This document shows positions 19,273 through 29,454 of a stretch of 37,287 bases of DNA, piece after piece. The position numbers and the translations under genes are program-made. Positions within the stretch are counted from its first letter, which is position 1. Each line of letters starts with the position of its first letter. A model generated the notes under the pieces. That model did not search any database. It was not told where the DNA came from and saw nothing but the letters and a program-made list of their open reading frames with translations. Where the stretch lies: the sequence record SRR22947725_534; one strand, 5' to 3'.

Positions 19273-20754
19273 TTAAACTTTTAACTTCAATAAATGTAAC
19301 TCTTTCACTAAATATTCACCATATTTATTAGAATATTCACTTAAAGGAAAATAGGGTATTATTGCGTCTAAATAAGAGTTAAAAAATTTATGAATTTTTT
19401 CGTTTCTATTTTTTATTTTTTGATAGTCTTTATTTACAATAATATCTGTCAACACTTTATTAAGATCTTTAATATTATTTATTTTATAAAACAAATCAAA
19501 AAAATCAAAAAAACTGTGACCTAGAACTATACAAGGTTTATCAAATGCTAAACATTCTAAAGCCACTGTACCTGAAACAGTAATTACAGCTTCAACTAAA
19601 GGTATTATTTTTTTTGAATTTGCATCACAAAACTTAATGTTATAAAAATTATTTAAGTGTTTATAATGCCAGCTTGGTCTATTGCCCCTTCCCCATGGAT
19701 GTTCTTTTATGATTAATGTATATCCTAAGGGCATCGATTTTGATAAATTTTCAGCAAGAGCAATTTGATTAGAAAACCAAACTCCTTGAGTTAAAGTTGA
19801 CTCCTCCGGTTGAAATTGTAATGGAAAAAAAATTGATTTTTTTGGTATTAATTTGAGGTTTGTAAACCCATAATTATTTGCACAAAAATATTTCCTATAT
19901 AACCTTAATAAGTTTGCTACAACTTTTCTTCTAATCTCAATTTTGATATATTCTACGTATTTGTTTTTATTTGAATTAAGTTTAATATATTTAAATATTT
20001 TATTTATATTAGGACTAATAGACTTTTTACCTTTGTATTTCCCTTTTGAAGTTTTTGCATGATATGAAGCAAACTCTTTAAAATTTTTTATAGAATCTAA
20101 AATATCTAGCGATCTACAAATTTGACTTTTTGTTAACTTTCTTTTTTTAAGTAACTCATAAGATTTAATCATTCGAGTACATTTTAAATATTCATCATTT
20201 ACAAAAAAACCTCCACCATTTCCGAGTTTCATAAAAACAGCAGGTCTAGATGCATATACTTTTAGTCCTAGCTCTTTAGCTAAAACAATTGAAATCATTG
20301 TAAAAAGGGTGTCGGCAGTTTGACAAATTAATACATCATATTTTTTTATTTCTTTTTCTAAAAATTTTACTATCGACGAAACTAAAGTGGTAACATAATT
20401 TAAATCTTCTATTCTCTCACCACTTGCTCCTAAAAGCATAGAATAATCTGTAAAAGCTCTCTCTACAGCTATTTTTTGTGACCAATTAATCCTTGGATAT
20501 TTTTTTAAAATTGAATTTGTGTCTTGCATCTTTTTTTGAGAAATTTTGTTATTAAATTTTTCAAAACTTTCACATTTTAATTGTGGTATTTTTTGTTTGA
20601 AACAATATTTTTTTTCTGCTTCCAACCAAACTAGCAATTTTTGCTCTACATTGGATTTTGAAATCTCTTTGGCAATTCCAGTATAAAAGTCTATTACATC
20701 AACACCGCCTTGATTACCTAAATAAACTATTTTCTTCTTATTTATATTGTTCAT
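19273..20754 (-). CDS. Capsule-synthesis (KpsS/LipB-like) domain protein, candidate ulosonic-acid transferase
   Basis: C-terminal FFPLQFQPEEST, IIKEHP and ITVSGTVALECLAFDKPCIVLG pattern of the capsule polysaccharide biosynthesis family. Confidence 0.72.
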   Translation of the reverse strand: MNNINKKKIVYLGNQGGVDVIDFYTGIAKEISKSNVEQKLLVWLEAEKKYCFKQKIPQLKCESFEKFNNKISQKKMQDTNSILKKYPRINWSQKIAVERAFTDYSMLLGASGERIEDLNYVTTLVSSIVKFLEKEIKKYDVLICQTADTLFTMISIVLAKELGLKVYASRPAVFMKLGNGGGFFVNDEYLKCTRMIKSYELLKKRKLTKSQICRSLDILDSIKNFKEFASYHAKTSKGKYKGKKSISPNINKIFKYIKLNSNKNKYVEYIKIEIRRKVVANLLRLYRKYFCANNYGFTNLKLIPKKSIFFPLQFQPEESTLTQGVWFSNQIALAENLSKSMPLGYTLIIKEHPWGRGNRPSWHYKHLNNFYNIKFCDANSKKIIPLVEAVITVSGTVALECLAFDKPCIVLGHSFFDFFDLFYKINNIKDLNKVLTDIIVNKDYQKIKNRNEKIHKFFNSYLDAIIPYFPLSEYSNKYGEYLVKELHLLKLKV

Positions 20755-20760
20755 ATTTTA

Positions 20761-21954
20761 TTAATTTAAAATCTTAAAATTACCATTCTTCCAGAATGAG
20801 CCATTATAAGTTTTTTCTTTTATATGTTTTAATGCAAGATTTAGTTGCGATGATCTTGCTGTAATAGAATGTTTTTCCCATACTAAATTACGACCATTAT
20901 GCGCAATAAATTCTATTAATTTACTATTATCTAATAAATCTATAATTTGTCCAATAGGGTCATCATCTTCAATAATTATAGCTGACTCATTATTTACAAA
21001 ACCCAACGCTTCAAAGCTAGCACATGGATAAGCTAGCAACAAAGACCCTGAAGCGGGTATTTCAAAAAATTTCCTTATGGTCATTTCGTATGCACCTCCA
21101 TCAGTGATGGATATTTTGCTATTATTAAGTAAGTTTTTAAATAAAACCCTAAAAACAGTTTGTAACAAAACATTAGCATATGGTGAAAAACCTATTTTAT
21201 CTAGAATAGAGTATATAAAGAGATAATTAGTTTTACCTATTTTTAAATTTTTTTGTTTTTTCAAGAGATCTAAAATCATATTTCTTCTATAGTATAAAAT
21301 TCCAGGTACAGAAACATCATACTTTCTCATAAAAACGTTATTAAAATTAAATTCTGAAAGATCTATAAAATGACCCAAATTAATAATTTTCTTTTTATTT
21401 TTATTGCTGTAATCGTGCCATAAGCCAATTGGATTTGTTTTCATTTTTCTTTGATAATCAGGCTCAATATCTAGATATTCTAACTCATTATTTGGTTTTG
21501 AAAATCCAATCCCCCAAGCTACTATATAGTCAGAAAAAGTATCAAGATTATTTAATGTATCATGTGAGATACCATAGTGATCTAAATCCATTCCAAAAAC
21601 TATTTTTGTTATTGAAGTATCAGTCATGTTTTTATAAACATCATTTATAAAGTGTTTTACAGATATAGGACCCCAAGAATTAGTGCAGTATTTTCTATTA
21701 AATCTTTCTGTTTCGTATCTGTATGACTTGATTAATTGTGAATGTAATAAAATAAAATCAAATTTTTCATGTTTATTGAGAAAATATTTAAGTCCATTTT
21801 TTAACGTTTCGTCTGAGGAAAATCCAGGGCCATAAAAAGTGACATCTGACAAAAGTTTTATCATTTTAGAAATCAAATAATTTGTTGGGTTTATATAATC
21901 TGCATTTAAGCCTATAAAAAGGACACGATGATTATTCATTATATTAGTAGTCAT
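20761..21954 (-). CDS. Glycosyltransferase (CgeB / GT-B C-terminal type)
   Basis: RKYDVSVPG..YYRR, IRKFFEIPASGSLLL and IAHNGRNLVWEKHS...R. Confidence 0.75.
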   Translation of the reverse strand: MTTNIMNNHRVLFIGLNADYINPTNYLISKMIKLLSDVTFYGPGFSSDETLKNGLKYFLNKHEKFDFILLHSQLIKSYRYETERFNRKYCTNSWGPISVKHFINDVYKNMTDTSITKIVFGMDLDHYGISHDTLNNLDTFSDYIVAWGIGFSKPNNELEYLDIEPDYQRKMKTNPIGLWHDYSNKNKKKIINLGHFIDLSEFNFNNVFMRKYDVSVPGILYYRRNMILDLLKKQKNLKIGKTNYLFIYSILDKIGFSPYANVLLQTVFRVLFKNLLNNSKISITDGGAYEMTIRKFFEIPASGSLLLAYPCASFEALGFVNNESAIIIEDDDPIGQIIDLLDNSKLIEFIAHNGRNLVWEKHSITARSSQLNLALKHIKEKTYNGSFWKNGNFKILN

Positions 21955-22660
21955 CGGAGTTCCTATCTAAAATATCTATAATGCCTCTAACTCCAATATT
22001 CATTAAACCATCTATTATTGACATACCAGGTATAAAAATCGATGTCATTTGTTGCTTATAAATTTTCGCTTGAAACTCTTGCCAAGTAACTGCAATCGAA
22101 TTTTTTGTAAATATTTTGGTATCTAAATATCCTAATGATCCATTCCCACATAAATATGTATCTCCATCACATTGCTTAACAAGAGAAATCAATAATTCAT
22201 TAGAAGAACCATTATGACTCAAAGATGATGAAGTTATTATTTTTTTTGAATTGATTCCTAAATGACCACATAAATTAGTTATTGCATTTAAATTGTACAA
22301 ACTTATTGATTGCTCTTCAAAAAGAATTAAGGGCTCAATTATTTTTAAGCCATCATTATAGAAATCAGCTTTTCTATAGTTAAATTTTATCTTTCTCAAG
22401 AGATCAAGTTTATTCTCATTATCTTTAAAAAACATTTCATTTATATTTTTATAGCCGTTATAATTTCTACTAATTGGAAGGGTTAACCAGCTTTCTTTTC
22501 CTGAAACTAAAATTTTAACTCTATTGGACCAGGTACCGGAACTTTTTTTTTGAAACTGAACATCATCTAATATTATAAAACAGTCACTTTGTTTAATCTT
22601 ATGAAAATAAGCTAACCAAGGAAAAAAATTAGGTTGATGAATGGCTACAATTTTTTTCAT
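21944..22660 (-). CDS. WbqC family protein
   Basis: AIHQPNFFPWLAYFHKI..SD.FIILDDVQF, WSNRVKI, WLTLP, YLCGNGS.GYLD and PGMSIIDGLMN. Confidence 0.9.
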   Translation of the reverse strand: MKKIVAIHQPNFFPWLAYFHKIKQSDCFIILDDVQFQKKSSGTWSNRVKILVSGKESWLTLPISRNYNGYKNINEMFFKDNENKLDLLRKIKFNYRKADFYNDGLKIIEPLILFEEQSISLYNLNAITNLCGHLGINSKKIITSSSLSHNGSSNELLISLVKQCDGDTYLCGNGSLGYLDTKIFTKNSIAVTWQEFQAKIYKQQMTSIFIPGMSIIDGLMNIGVRGIIDILDRNSDDY

Positions 22661-23383
22661 TTATATTATATTGAGCCTATTATTAGTTTTTAGTAAGTCG
22701 TCATAATGACTTAACACATATTTACATCTATCAGCTACACACTTTTGTATTTTTAATCTTGGGGATAAAACCTCATTCTGCCACCAGAGTGGGTGTGATA
22801 AAAAATAAACTTTATTATTTTCAGTATCTTTAAAAACTTGATCGATGGAGTTAGATTTCCAAACACCATTACTATCTGAACAAAATTTAAAATCTTCTAA
22901 TGCTTTATCATAAGAAGCATTATGCATGCCGGCATAATCACTTTCAAATAAATGCTTGTTTTTAATTGTTGAAGGGTTATGCAATGTAAATAATTTTACT
23001 TTCTTTTCTATTGCATTTTCTAATATCTTTTTTTCTAGTTCCAGCTTTTCTTCAATTTTATTAGCAGTTACGTCAAATAATACACTTGAATCAAAATGCA
23101 CTCCAATATCGTGATTAAATTTAGATATTTTCTTAAAAATACGTAAGATCTGAGGTTCATTAAAATTATAAAATCTTGAACTGATTTGAATAAAATAAGT
23201 TGACTCAACTCCAATTTCATTCTCAATTTCTGCCATTCTTAATGCGCTTTCAGGCGAAAAATCTACATCATGCCTTAACAAAGCAACATGATGGTCAAAT
23301 TTACTATCTCCAAATTTAATAAATCTAAATTTAATTTTTGCAAATTCGATTACTTTTTTATAATTTTGTAATGTAAGTTCCAT
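22661..23383 (-). CDS. Deacetylase-fold protein (WbmS/NodB-like)
   Basis: LLRHDVDFS, STYF, HDIGVHFD, LHNP, SDSNGVW and LSHPLWW. Confidence 0.7.
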   Translation of the reverse strand: MELTLQNYKKVIEFAKIKFRFIKFGDSKFDHHVALLRHDVDFSPESALRMAEIENEIGVESTYFIQISSRFYNFNEPQILRIFKKISKFNHDIGVHFDSSVLFDVTANKIEEKLELEKKILENAIEKKVKLFTLHNPSTIKNKHLFESDYAGMHNASYDKALEDFKFCSDSNGVWKSNSIDQVFKDTENNKVYFLSHPLWWQNEVLSPRLKIQKCVADRCKYVLSHYDDLLKTNNRLNII

Positions 23384-23394
23384 ATAATAATATC

Positions 23395-25215
23395 CTACAT
23401 TCTTTTATATAAATTTTGGAAATAACTTTTATTACTTGTCAATTGCTTCCAAGTCCCTTTTTCTACAACCGAACCATTTTTTAAAACTATAATTTGATTT
23501 GCATCTTTTATGTTAATTAATCTATGAGTTATTAAAATAACACACATTTTCTCTTTAATCTTCTCAATTGTTTGAAAAAATAAATCTTCAGATTTATTAT
23601 CTAATCCACTAGTTGGTTCATCTAAAATAAGAACCTTTGGCTTTGATAATAATGCCCGTGCAATAGAAATTCTTTGTTGTTGTCCTCCAGATAACAGAGC
23701 TCCTTTTTCACCAACTATACTATTATAACCTTCTTTTTGCTGCATTATAAATTGGTGAGCATTTGCCATCTTAGCTGCATAAATAATCTCCTTTTTACTA
23801 GCATTTTCATTTCCCCAAGTAATATTTTCTTCAATTGTTGCATTAAATAATATTGTTTCTTGAGGGACAAAACCTATTTGTTTTCTCCAAACACTTAACG
23901 GAAGATCTTTTATGTTTTTTTCTCCTAAAAAAATATTTCCTTCTATATCGTTAAGAAACCCTAACATACAATTTATTAATGAAGTTTTTCCTGAACCAGA
24001 CTCTCCTATTACTACATAGAGACCTTTATTCAAAAACTTGAGAAATATGTTTTGCAAAATACTTTTTTTTCCATAACTTGCTTTATTAATAGATAAAGTT
24101 AAAAAATCTTTTTGAGTTTCATTTTGTAAATCGCCGTAAAGAGTATTTTTGTCTAATTCTGAATTAATTTGTAATTCATGATGTTTAGTGATTACATTGC
24201 CAAACGCAGGTATATAAGTACTTAAAACTTGCATGTTTTGTACAAGTGAATTGAATTTTGGAAGCAACCTTACAAAGATTGCCATTACAACCAGAATATT
24301 GGCGGTTGAAAATTGAAGATGTTTATAGCCTATAACTATTATGCCACAAAGCATTAAAAATGATCCATATTCTAAAATTGCTCTTGCTAAGGACGGTAGG
24401 AAAGTTATAAGCGTATATTTATCACGAAGTAGATCAATATTTTTTTCAACATTTTGAATAACTTTTTTTTCTGTTGATGACGCTTTAATTATTTTTATTA
24501 AACTTAAATATTCATTTATAAAAGTAGTCAAAATTGAGGTAAGAGGGCCTATTTCACCACCTATTTTAAACGCTTTCTTACCTATACCTTTTATTAATAT
24601 ACTTAATATTAAAACTAGGATCACAATAGTAATTGTAACCTTCCAGCTAACTGCAAATGCAATTATTAAATACATTATCATAGTAAGTATTATTGTAAAA
24701 ATTTGTAATAGCATCATCAAAGAGCCTGATACTCTTATAGTTTCATTAATGCATAAATTAGTCAGATCTCCAATTTTTTGTTTATTTATATATTCCATCT
24801 TAGAATAAAATATAGCTTTGACCAATTTCTTTTGCCAGTAAGCGCCATATTGTCTTTGTATCAATGCTAAAAACCAAGTTTGTATAATAACAAATATAAT
24901 TTGCACGCTTAGTATTACAATTAATGTCAGACTTATATTTAATAACGTATTTTCTAAATTTAAATTAATAAATAACAACTCAAAATACTCGGTAATTATA
25001 GAACTCTCATTTGATGATGGTATTCCTAAAGAAGATAGAAGAGGCAATAACAAGGCCATACTAATGCCTTCAGTAATTGCAACAAAAGTCATTATACTTA
25101 CCAATATAATTATCTTATAATTATATTGATAATATATTTCTGACATCAACTTTATTAATAAATGTATAAAGTTGGTGTTTTGGATATTGTTTTTTGATTT
25201 TGAAATTTTAATCAA
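23395..25215 (-). CDS. ABC exporter with fused permease and ATPase (MsbA/PglK/Wzk-like glycan flippase)
   Basis: Multi-span hydrophobic N-terminal half; Walker A GESGSGKT, Q-loop VPQE, signature LSGGQQQR, Walker B ILDEPTSGLD and H-loop ITHR. Confidence 0.9.
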   Translation of the reverse strand: MIKISKSKNNIQNTNFIHLLIKLMSEIYYQYNYKIIILVSIMTFVAITEGISMALLLPLLSSLGIPSSNESSIITEYFELLFINLNLENTLLNISLTLIVILSVQIIFVIIQTWFLALIQRQYGAYWQKKLVKAIFYSKMEYINKQKIGDLTNLCINETIRVSGSLMMLLQIFTIILTMIMYLIIAFAVSWKVTITIVILVLILSILIKGIGKKAFKIGGEIGPLTSILTTFINEYLSLIKIIKASSTEKKVIQNVEKNIDLLRDKYTLITFLPSLARAILEYGSFLMLCGIIVIGYKHLQFSTANILVVMAIFVRLLPKFNSLVQNMQVLSTYIPAFGNVITKHHELQINSELDKNTLYGDLQNETQKDFLTLSINKASYGKKSILQNIFLKFLNKGLYVVIGESGSGKTSLINCMLGFLNDIEGNIFLGEKNIKDLPLSVWRKQIGFVPQETILFNATIEENITWGNENASKKEIIYAAKMANAHQFIMQQKEGYNSIVGEKGALLSGGQQQRISIARALLSKPKVLILDEPTSGLDNKSEDLFFQTIEKIKEKMCVILITHRLINIKDANQIIVLKNGSVVEKGTWKQLTSNKSYFQNLYKRM

Positions 25216-25777
25216 ATTTTAACCTAATTTTTTCGCCATAGCCGACAACACTTCCAATTTTTTTTGCCGGACTTCCCCCTACAATAGTTCTAGTAGGCAC
25301 ATGCTTGTTTACTAAACTATTTGCTCCAATTACAGATTCTGAACCTATTTCAACACCCGCTAAAACGACACTTGAACTTCCTATGTATACATTGTTTCCA
25401 ACTGTAACATTTTTTGTAACTTTATCTATTTTACCTCCTGACAAGGCCCATAAAACTGTATCGTGAGTATAAATTTGAACTCCACTAGAGATAGAACAAT
25501 TATTTCCAATTTTTAGTAAAAACCCACTTCCATCCAAAATTGTATTTGGACCTATCCATGTATTTTTCCCAACATCAACATTTCCAAAAACATAAGAACT
25601 ATTATAAATACTAGTTCCCTTCCCAAAACCTAAAGCTTTAGCCCTGTCCCATCTATCAAAAACAACATCTTGAAATGGTAAATTTCTATTGTATTTTTTC
25701 TTTAGTTTTGAATTAAGCTCATTATAAAGACTTTTTAAACTTTCAAAAAATTTATCAGGGTTCAATTTACGCTCCAT
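25208..25777 (-). CDS. Hexapeptide-repeat (left-handed beta-helix) acyltransferase
   Basis: Repeats VGKNTWIG, IGNNCSIS, VGNNVYIG and IGSESVIG; IYTHD; VGGSPAKKI. Confidence 0.9.
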   Translation of the reverse strand: MERKLNPDKFFESLKSLYNELNSKLKKKYNRNLPFQDVVFDRWDRAKALGFGKGTSIYNSSYVFGNVDVGKNTWIGPNTILDGSGFLLKIGNNCSISSGVQIYTHDTVLWALSGGKIDKVTKNVTVGNNVYIGSSSVVLAGVEIGSESVIGANSLVNKHVPTRTIVGGSPAKKIGSVVGYGEKIRLKFD

Positions 25778-27657
25778 TTGTTATTATCCAACATATCCAG
25801 CCAAATTTCTAAGTTAATTAATGACCAAATTAGTAGTCTTCTATTGTTTCTGCCTGTAAAATGTTCGTTCAATAAATCTTGTATAGATTTTCTATCTAAA
25901 TAATTATAAATTTTAGCATTTTTTAACATTAATTTTGAATTAACGTAATCAATACTTTCTCCCTTAAACCAACTTGAATCTGGTCCAGAGAAACCTTTTT
26001 TAATACCATTTGATATGTCATGAGGAACATAACTTTCCATAACTTTTCGTAAAATTAATTTACCGTCTTTTGTTTTTTGAAAATATTTTTCATTTTTTAT
26101 TCCTGGAGTGTTTTCATCAAGTTTTATCACTTTTTGTAAGTTTCCCAATTTCAAATTCACCGGAATTTTACTTGCAAAATCTACTAAGTCATTATCTAAA
26201 AAAGGCACCCTTGTCTCTAAGCTATTTGCCATGCTTAGCTTGTCTTCAACTACAAGCAACCCATGTAAAAAAGTTTTTGCTTCAAAATAAAGAGAATAAT
26301 TTATATAATCTTCAGGCGTGGGTTTTTTTGTTAAGATAGGAGTAAAAATATTTTTGAAAATATCCTCAGTAGAATAATTTGACATTTCATGTTTTAACGG
26401 CTTGAGAACTTCTTTATATGTATCGTTTGGAATCATCCTTTGCCAAAATTGAAAATATTTTTTTACATAATCTTCATGATTTTCATTATTTACTGCTCTA
26501 TAATATCTCCAAGGATATCCTCCAAATAATTCATCGCCGCCTGTGCCAGATAAAACAACTTTGCAAAACTTACTAGCTAATTGTGCAACATAAAAATTAG
26601 GATAGCTTTGCCCAACTCGAGGTTCCTCAATATGCCTCACAAGTTGGGGAAGAATTCTCTCCATATCTCCAGATTTTAACACTACCTGATAATGTTCAGT
26701 TTTATATAAATATGACATATACTCAGCAACATCTCGCTCGTCCATACCTAACTCTATACCAGAGGCAGATCGTGTATCAAAACCACACGTAAAGGTTTTA
26801 AGATCTGCAATCTCTTTAGAAGCAATAGATGCAATTGTTCCAGAATCCATCCCACCGCTTAGATATGAACCCACCTCAACATCTGAAACTAATTGTCTTT
26901 TTACTGCCTGATTTAACAGAAAATCTAGCTCTTCTTTATATACTGATATATTTTTAGCATTATGAACTTGTGGTTCTAAAAAATTAAAATCCCAATAAAA
27001 TTTTTTTTCTACTTTTCCATTTGATGAAATAGTCATCCATGATCCTGGCATTATAATTTCAATATTTTTGAAAAGAGTATTATCTGTTAAAAAATTTTGA
27101 AAGGTCATATACTCAATTAAGCCTTTTTTATTAATATCCAATTTTACATCTGGATGAGTTAATATAGCCTTAATTTCTGAACCAAAAATAAATTTATTAT
27201 TAAATCTTGTGAAATATAAAGGTTTAATGCCATATCGATCTCGAGCAATTATAAGTTTTTTTGTTATTTTATCCCAGAATGCAAGTGCAAACTGACCATT
27301 GAACTTATTTAAAGCCATAGTTCCCCATTTTGCTAAGGACTTTAAAACAACTTCAGTATCCGTATTAGAAGAAAATTTCCAACCTGATGATTTTAATTCT
27401 TGTTTTAATTCATTAAAATTAAATAATTCACCATTATAAACCAAAACATATCTTTTATCCTCTGTAAACATGGGCTGGTCTCCAGCTGAAGAGGTATCAA
27501 TAATTGATAGTCTTGTATGAGCTAAACCACAAGAATTATCTATAAAAACACCATCACTATCAGGTCCTCGATGTTTCAGAGAAACTACCATTTTTTTTAA
27601 TATTTTTGACGATATGCTCTCTTTGTCAAAATTTAGATATCCAGCAATTCCACACAT
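25762..27657 (-). CDS. asnB: Asparagine synthase-type glutamine amidotransferase (probable uronamide formation, WbpS-like)
   Basis: MCGIAG N-terminal nucleophile, HRGPD, NGELFN, RDRYGIKPLY, LSGGMDS, SGTGGDELFGGY and ETRVPFLD. Confidence 0.93.
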   Translation of the reverse strand: MCGIAGYLNFDKESISSKILKKMVVSLKHRGPDSDGVFIDNSCGLAHTRLSIIDTSSAGDQPMFTEDKRYVLVYNGELFNFNELKQELKSSGWKFSSNTDTEVVLKSLAKWGTMALNKFNGQFALAFWDKITKKLIIARDRYGIKPLYFTRFNNKFIFGSEIKAILTHPDVKLDINKKGLIEYMTFQNFLTDNTLFKNIEIIMPGSWMTISSNGKVEKKFYWDFNFLEPQVHNAKNISVYKEELDFLLNQAVKRQLVSDVEVGSYLSGGMDSGTIASIASKEIADLKTFTCGFDTRSASGIELGMDERDVAEYMSYLYKTEHYQVVLKSGDMERILPQLVRHIEEPRVGQSYPNFYVAQLASKFCKVVLSGTGGDELFGGYPWRYYRAVNNENHEDYVKKYFQFWQRMIPNDTYKEVLKPLKHEMSNYSTEDIFKNIFTPILTKKPTPEDYINYSLYFEAKTFLHGLLVVEDKLSMANSLETRVPFLDNDLVDFASKIPVNLKLGNLQKVIKLDENTPGIKNEKYFQKTKDGKLILRKVMESYVPHDISNGIKKGFSGPDSSWFKGESIDYVNSKLMLKNAKIYNYLDRKSIQDLLNEHFTGRNNRRLLIWSLINLEIWLDMLDNNKWSVN

Positions 27658-27744
27658 ATTTATATAACTTTCTCTGCCGCAGCTAATACTTTACAGTTAG
27701 ATTTTTTTGCTATTAATTTATTTTCATTTATATTAAAACTAATT

Positions 27745-28527
27745 ATGAATTCAAACTTAAAAAAAATTATTAATTATTTTGCAGAAGATGAAGCAGATTT
27801 TCTATACTCTGCTCTTCAAATCGATAATCATAACACATACAGTCACAGTTCTCTAAGATTTTGGTATTCGCACGCTAGAGAAAACATTAATAAGATTCAG
27901 GGAAATATTTTTGAATTCGGTGTTTTTAAAGGAAAATCATTAATTTCAATGGCATTGCTTTTAAAAAAACTAAATTCTAAAAAAATAATATACGGTTTTG
28001 ATAGCTTTGAAGGCTTTCCATCTTATTCTGAATTTGACGATCTTAAAAATTTTGACAATCCAATATTTGATAATAAAGTTAGAAATAATTTCGAAAAATT
28101 AAGGTATTTAAGGTCTTTGATAGAGAATAAAAACATTGATGTATCAAACATTTCTTCATCTCAAGATTTTTCAAAGAACTCTTTTAAAAAACTTGAAAAT
28201 AAAATTAAGATTTTAGGTTTAGATAATATTAAACTCATTTCTGGAGATTTTAAAACAACAGTCCCAAATTTTTTTAAATCTTATAATGATAAAATTTTTT
28301 CAGTTAATTTAGATTGTGATTTATACGAAGGTTACAAAATTACCCTTCCATATATATGGAAATATTTATCAAAAAACGGTTATGTTCATTTGGACGAATA
28401 TTATAGTTTAAAATTTGCTGGTGCGAGAATAGCTTGTGATGAATTTTGCAAAAAAAATAATATTTATCCAAAAAAACAACCAAATCTTCCAGATTCTGAG
28501 TTTGAAAGATGGTATTTACAAAAGTAG
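27745..28527 (+). CDS. TylF/MycF/NovP family O-methyltransferase
   Basis: GNIFEFGVFKGKS, YGFDSFEGFP, NLDCDLYEG and LDEY; the only plus-strand gene in the window. Confidence 0.88.
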   Translation: MNSNLKKIINYFAEDEADFLYSALQIDNHNTYSHSSLRFWYSHARENINKIQGNIFEFGVFKGKSLISMALLLKKLNSKKIIYGFDSFEGFPSYSEFDDLKNFDNPIFDNKVRNNFEKLRYLRSLIENKNIDVSNISSSQDFSKNSFKKLENKIKILGLDNIKLISGDFKTTVPNFFKSYNDKIFSVNLDCDLYEGYKITLPYIWKYLSKNGYVHLDEYYSLKFAGARIACDEFCKKNNIYPKKQPNLPDSEFERWYLQK

Positions 28528-28536
28528 ATATTATTT

Positions 28537-29454
28537 TCACGTCAATCTATTCCTTAATGATTTAGAAATTATTGCAAGGGTTTCATTTTGGTTTTCGTTT
28601 TGAAAATGGAACTCTGTGATTTTTAAAGGTTTATTATTTACTGCAATATCAATACTTTGTTTATCAAATGATAGTATTTGCCCATTCACTGCATAAAAAT
28701 CATAATCATATGTAACCAATTCAGCTTTAAAAATGAAAATTTTATACTCTAAATTATTATTAAGAAAACAAAAAGCACCGTCGAATGGATATGACGATGC
28801 TCTAATTAAATTGTGTATCTCTGTTCTTGTAAGTGACCAATTAATTTTTGCGTCCTCAGGTTTACGTGGGTACGTTCTCATTGATTTTATTTTTTTTTGT
28901 AAATAAGGCTCATTTCCATTTTCTATTTTCTTAACAGTCTCTAAAAATAATTTGGGGGTTATTTTTTCAGCCCAATTATAAATATCTTGAATATAAGTTT
29001 GATTATTTAAATAATAATTTTTTTTTATATATATAGGACCAGAATCTAATTCTTCTGTCATTTTATGTATTGACAAAGCTATGAGTTTTTCGTTGTTTAG
29101 AATGGCCCAATTTGGACAAGCGTTACCCTTATACCTTGGCAAATCTCCTAGATGAGCATTTAGTATGCCATATTTAAAGTTATTCAAAAAAACCTTAGGT
29201 ATTATATTAATAAAATTAATAGATATAATTAAGTCTGGTTTTTTTTTAATTAATTTTTTACCTTCTTTTAAATTCGACGTATAAATAAAATCTACATTTA
29301 ACTTTTCTGACAAATTTTTAAAATCTTTTTTTGTATAGTTATAATGTTTTTCAGATTTGCATGTCCAAATAAAAGATATCTCGAAACCACTATCAAACAT
29401 TAACTTAACAGTGTCTGCAAGCATTTTAGTTCTGCCAATAAAACCAATATTCAT
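28537..29454 (-). CDS. Fmt-like sugar N-formyltransferase (two-domain)
   Basis: LNAHLGDLPRYKGNACPNWAILN, IHKM.EELDSG, RKPEDAKINW and IRASSYPFDGAF. Confidence 0.88.
   Translation of the reverse strand: MNIGFIGRTKMLADTVKLMFDSGFEISFIWTCKSEKHYNYTKKDFKNLSEKLNVDFIYTSNLKEGKKLIKKKPDLIISINFINIIPKVFLNNFKYGILNAHLGDLPRYKGNACPNWAILNNEKLIALSIHKMTEELDSGPIYIKKNYYLNNQTYIQDIYNWAEKITPKLFLETVKKIENGNEPYLQKKIKSMRTYPRKPEDAKINWSLTRTEIHNLIRASSYPFDGAFCFLNNNLEYKIFIFKAELVTYDYDFYAVNGQILSFDKQSIDIAVNNKPLKITEFHFQNENQNETLAIISKSLRNRLT

Noticed and set aside
27660-27772. Minus-strand open stretch ending ...IAKKSNCKVLAAAEKVI-stop just before the asnB start, a possible remnant of a displaced gene
   Set aside because: Short, no standard start codon and no recognisable family; cannot be told from chance without a homology search.
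28340-28540. 66-aa minus-strand ORF
   Set aside because: Antisense to the TylF gene, with no motif.
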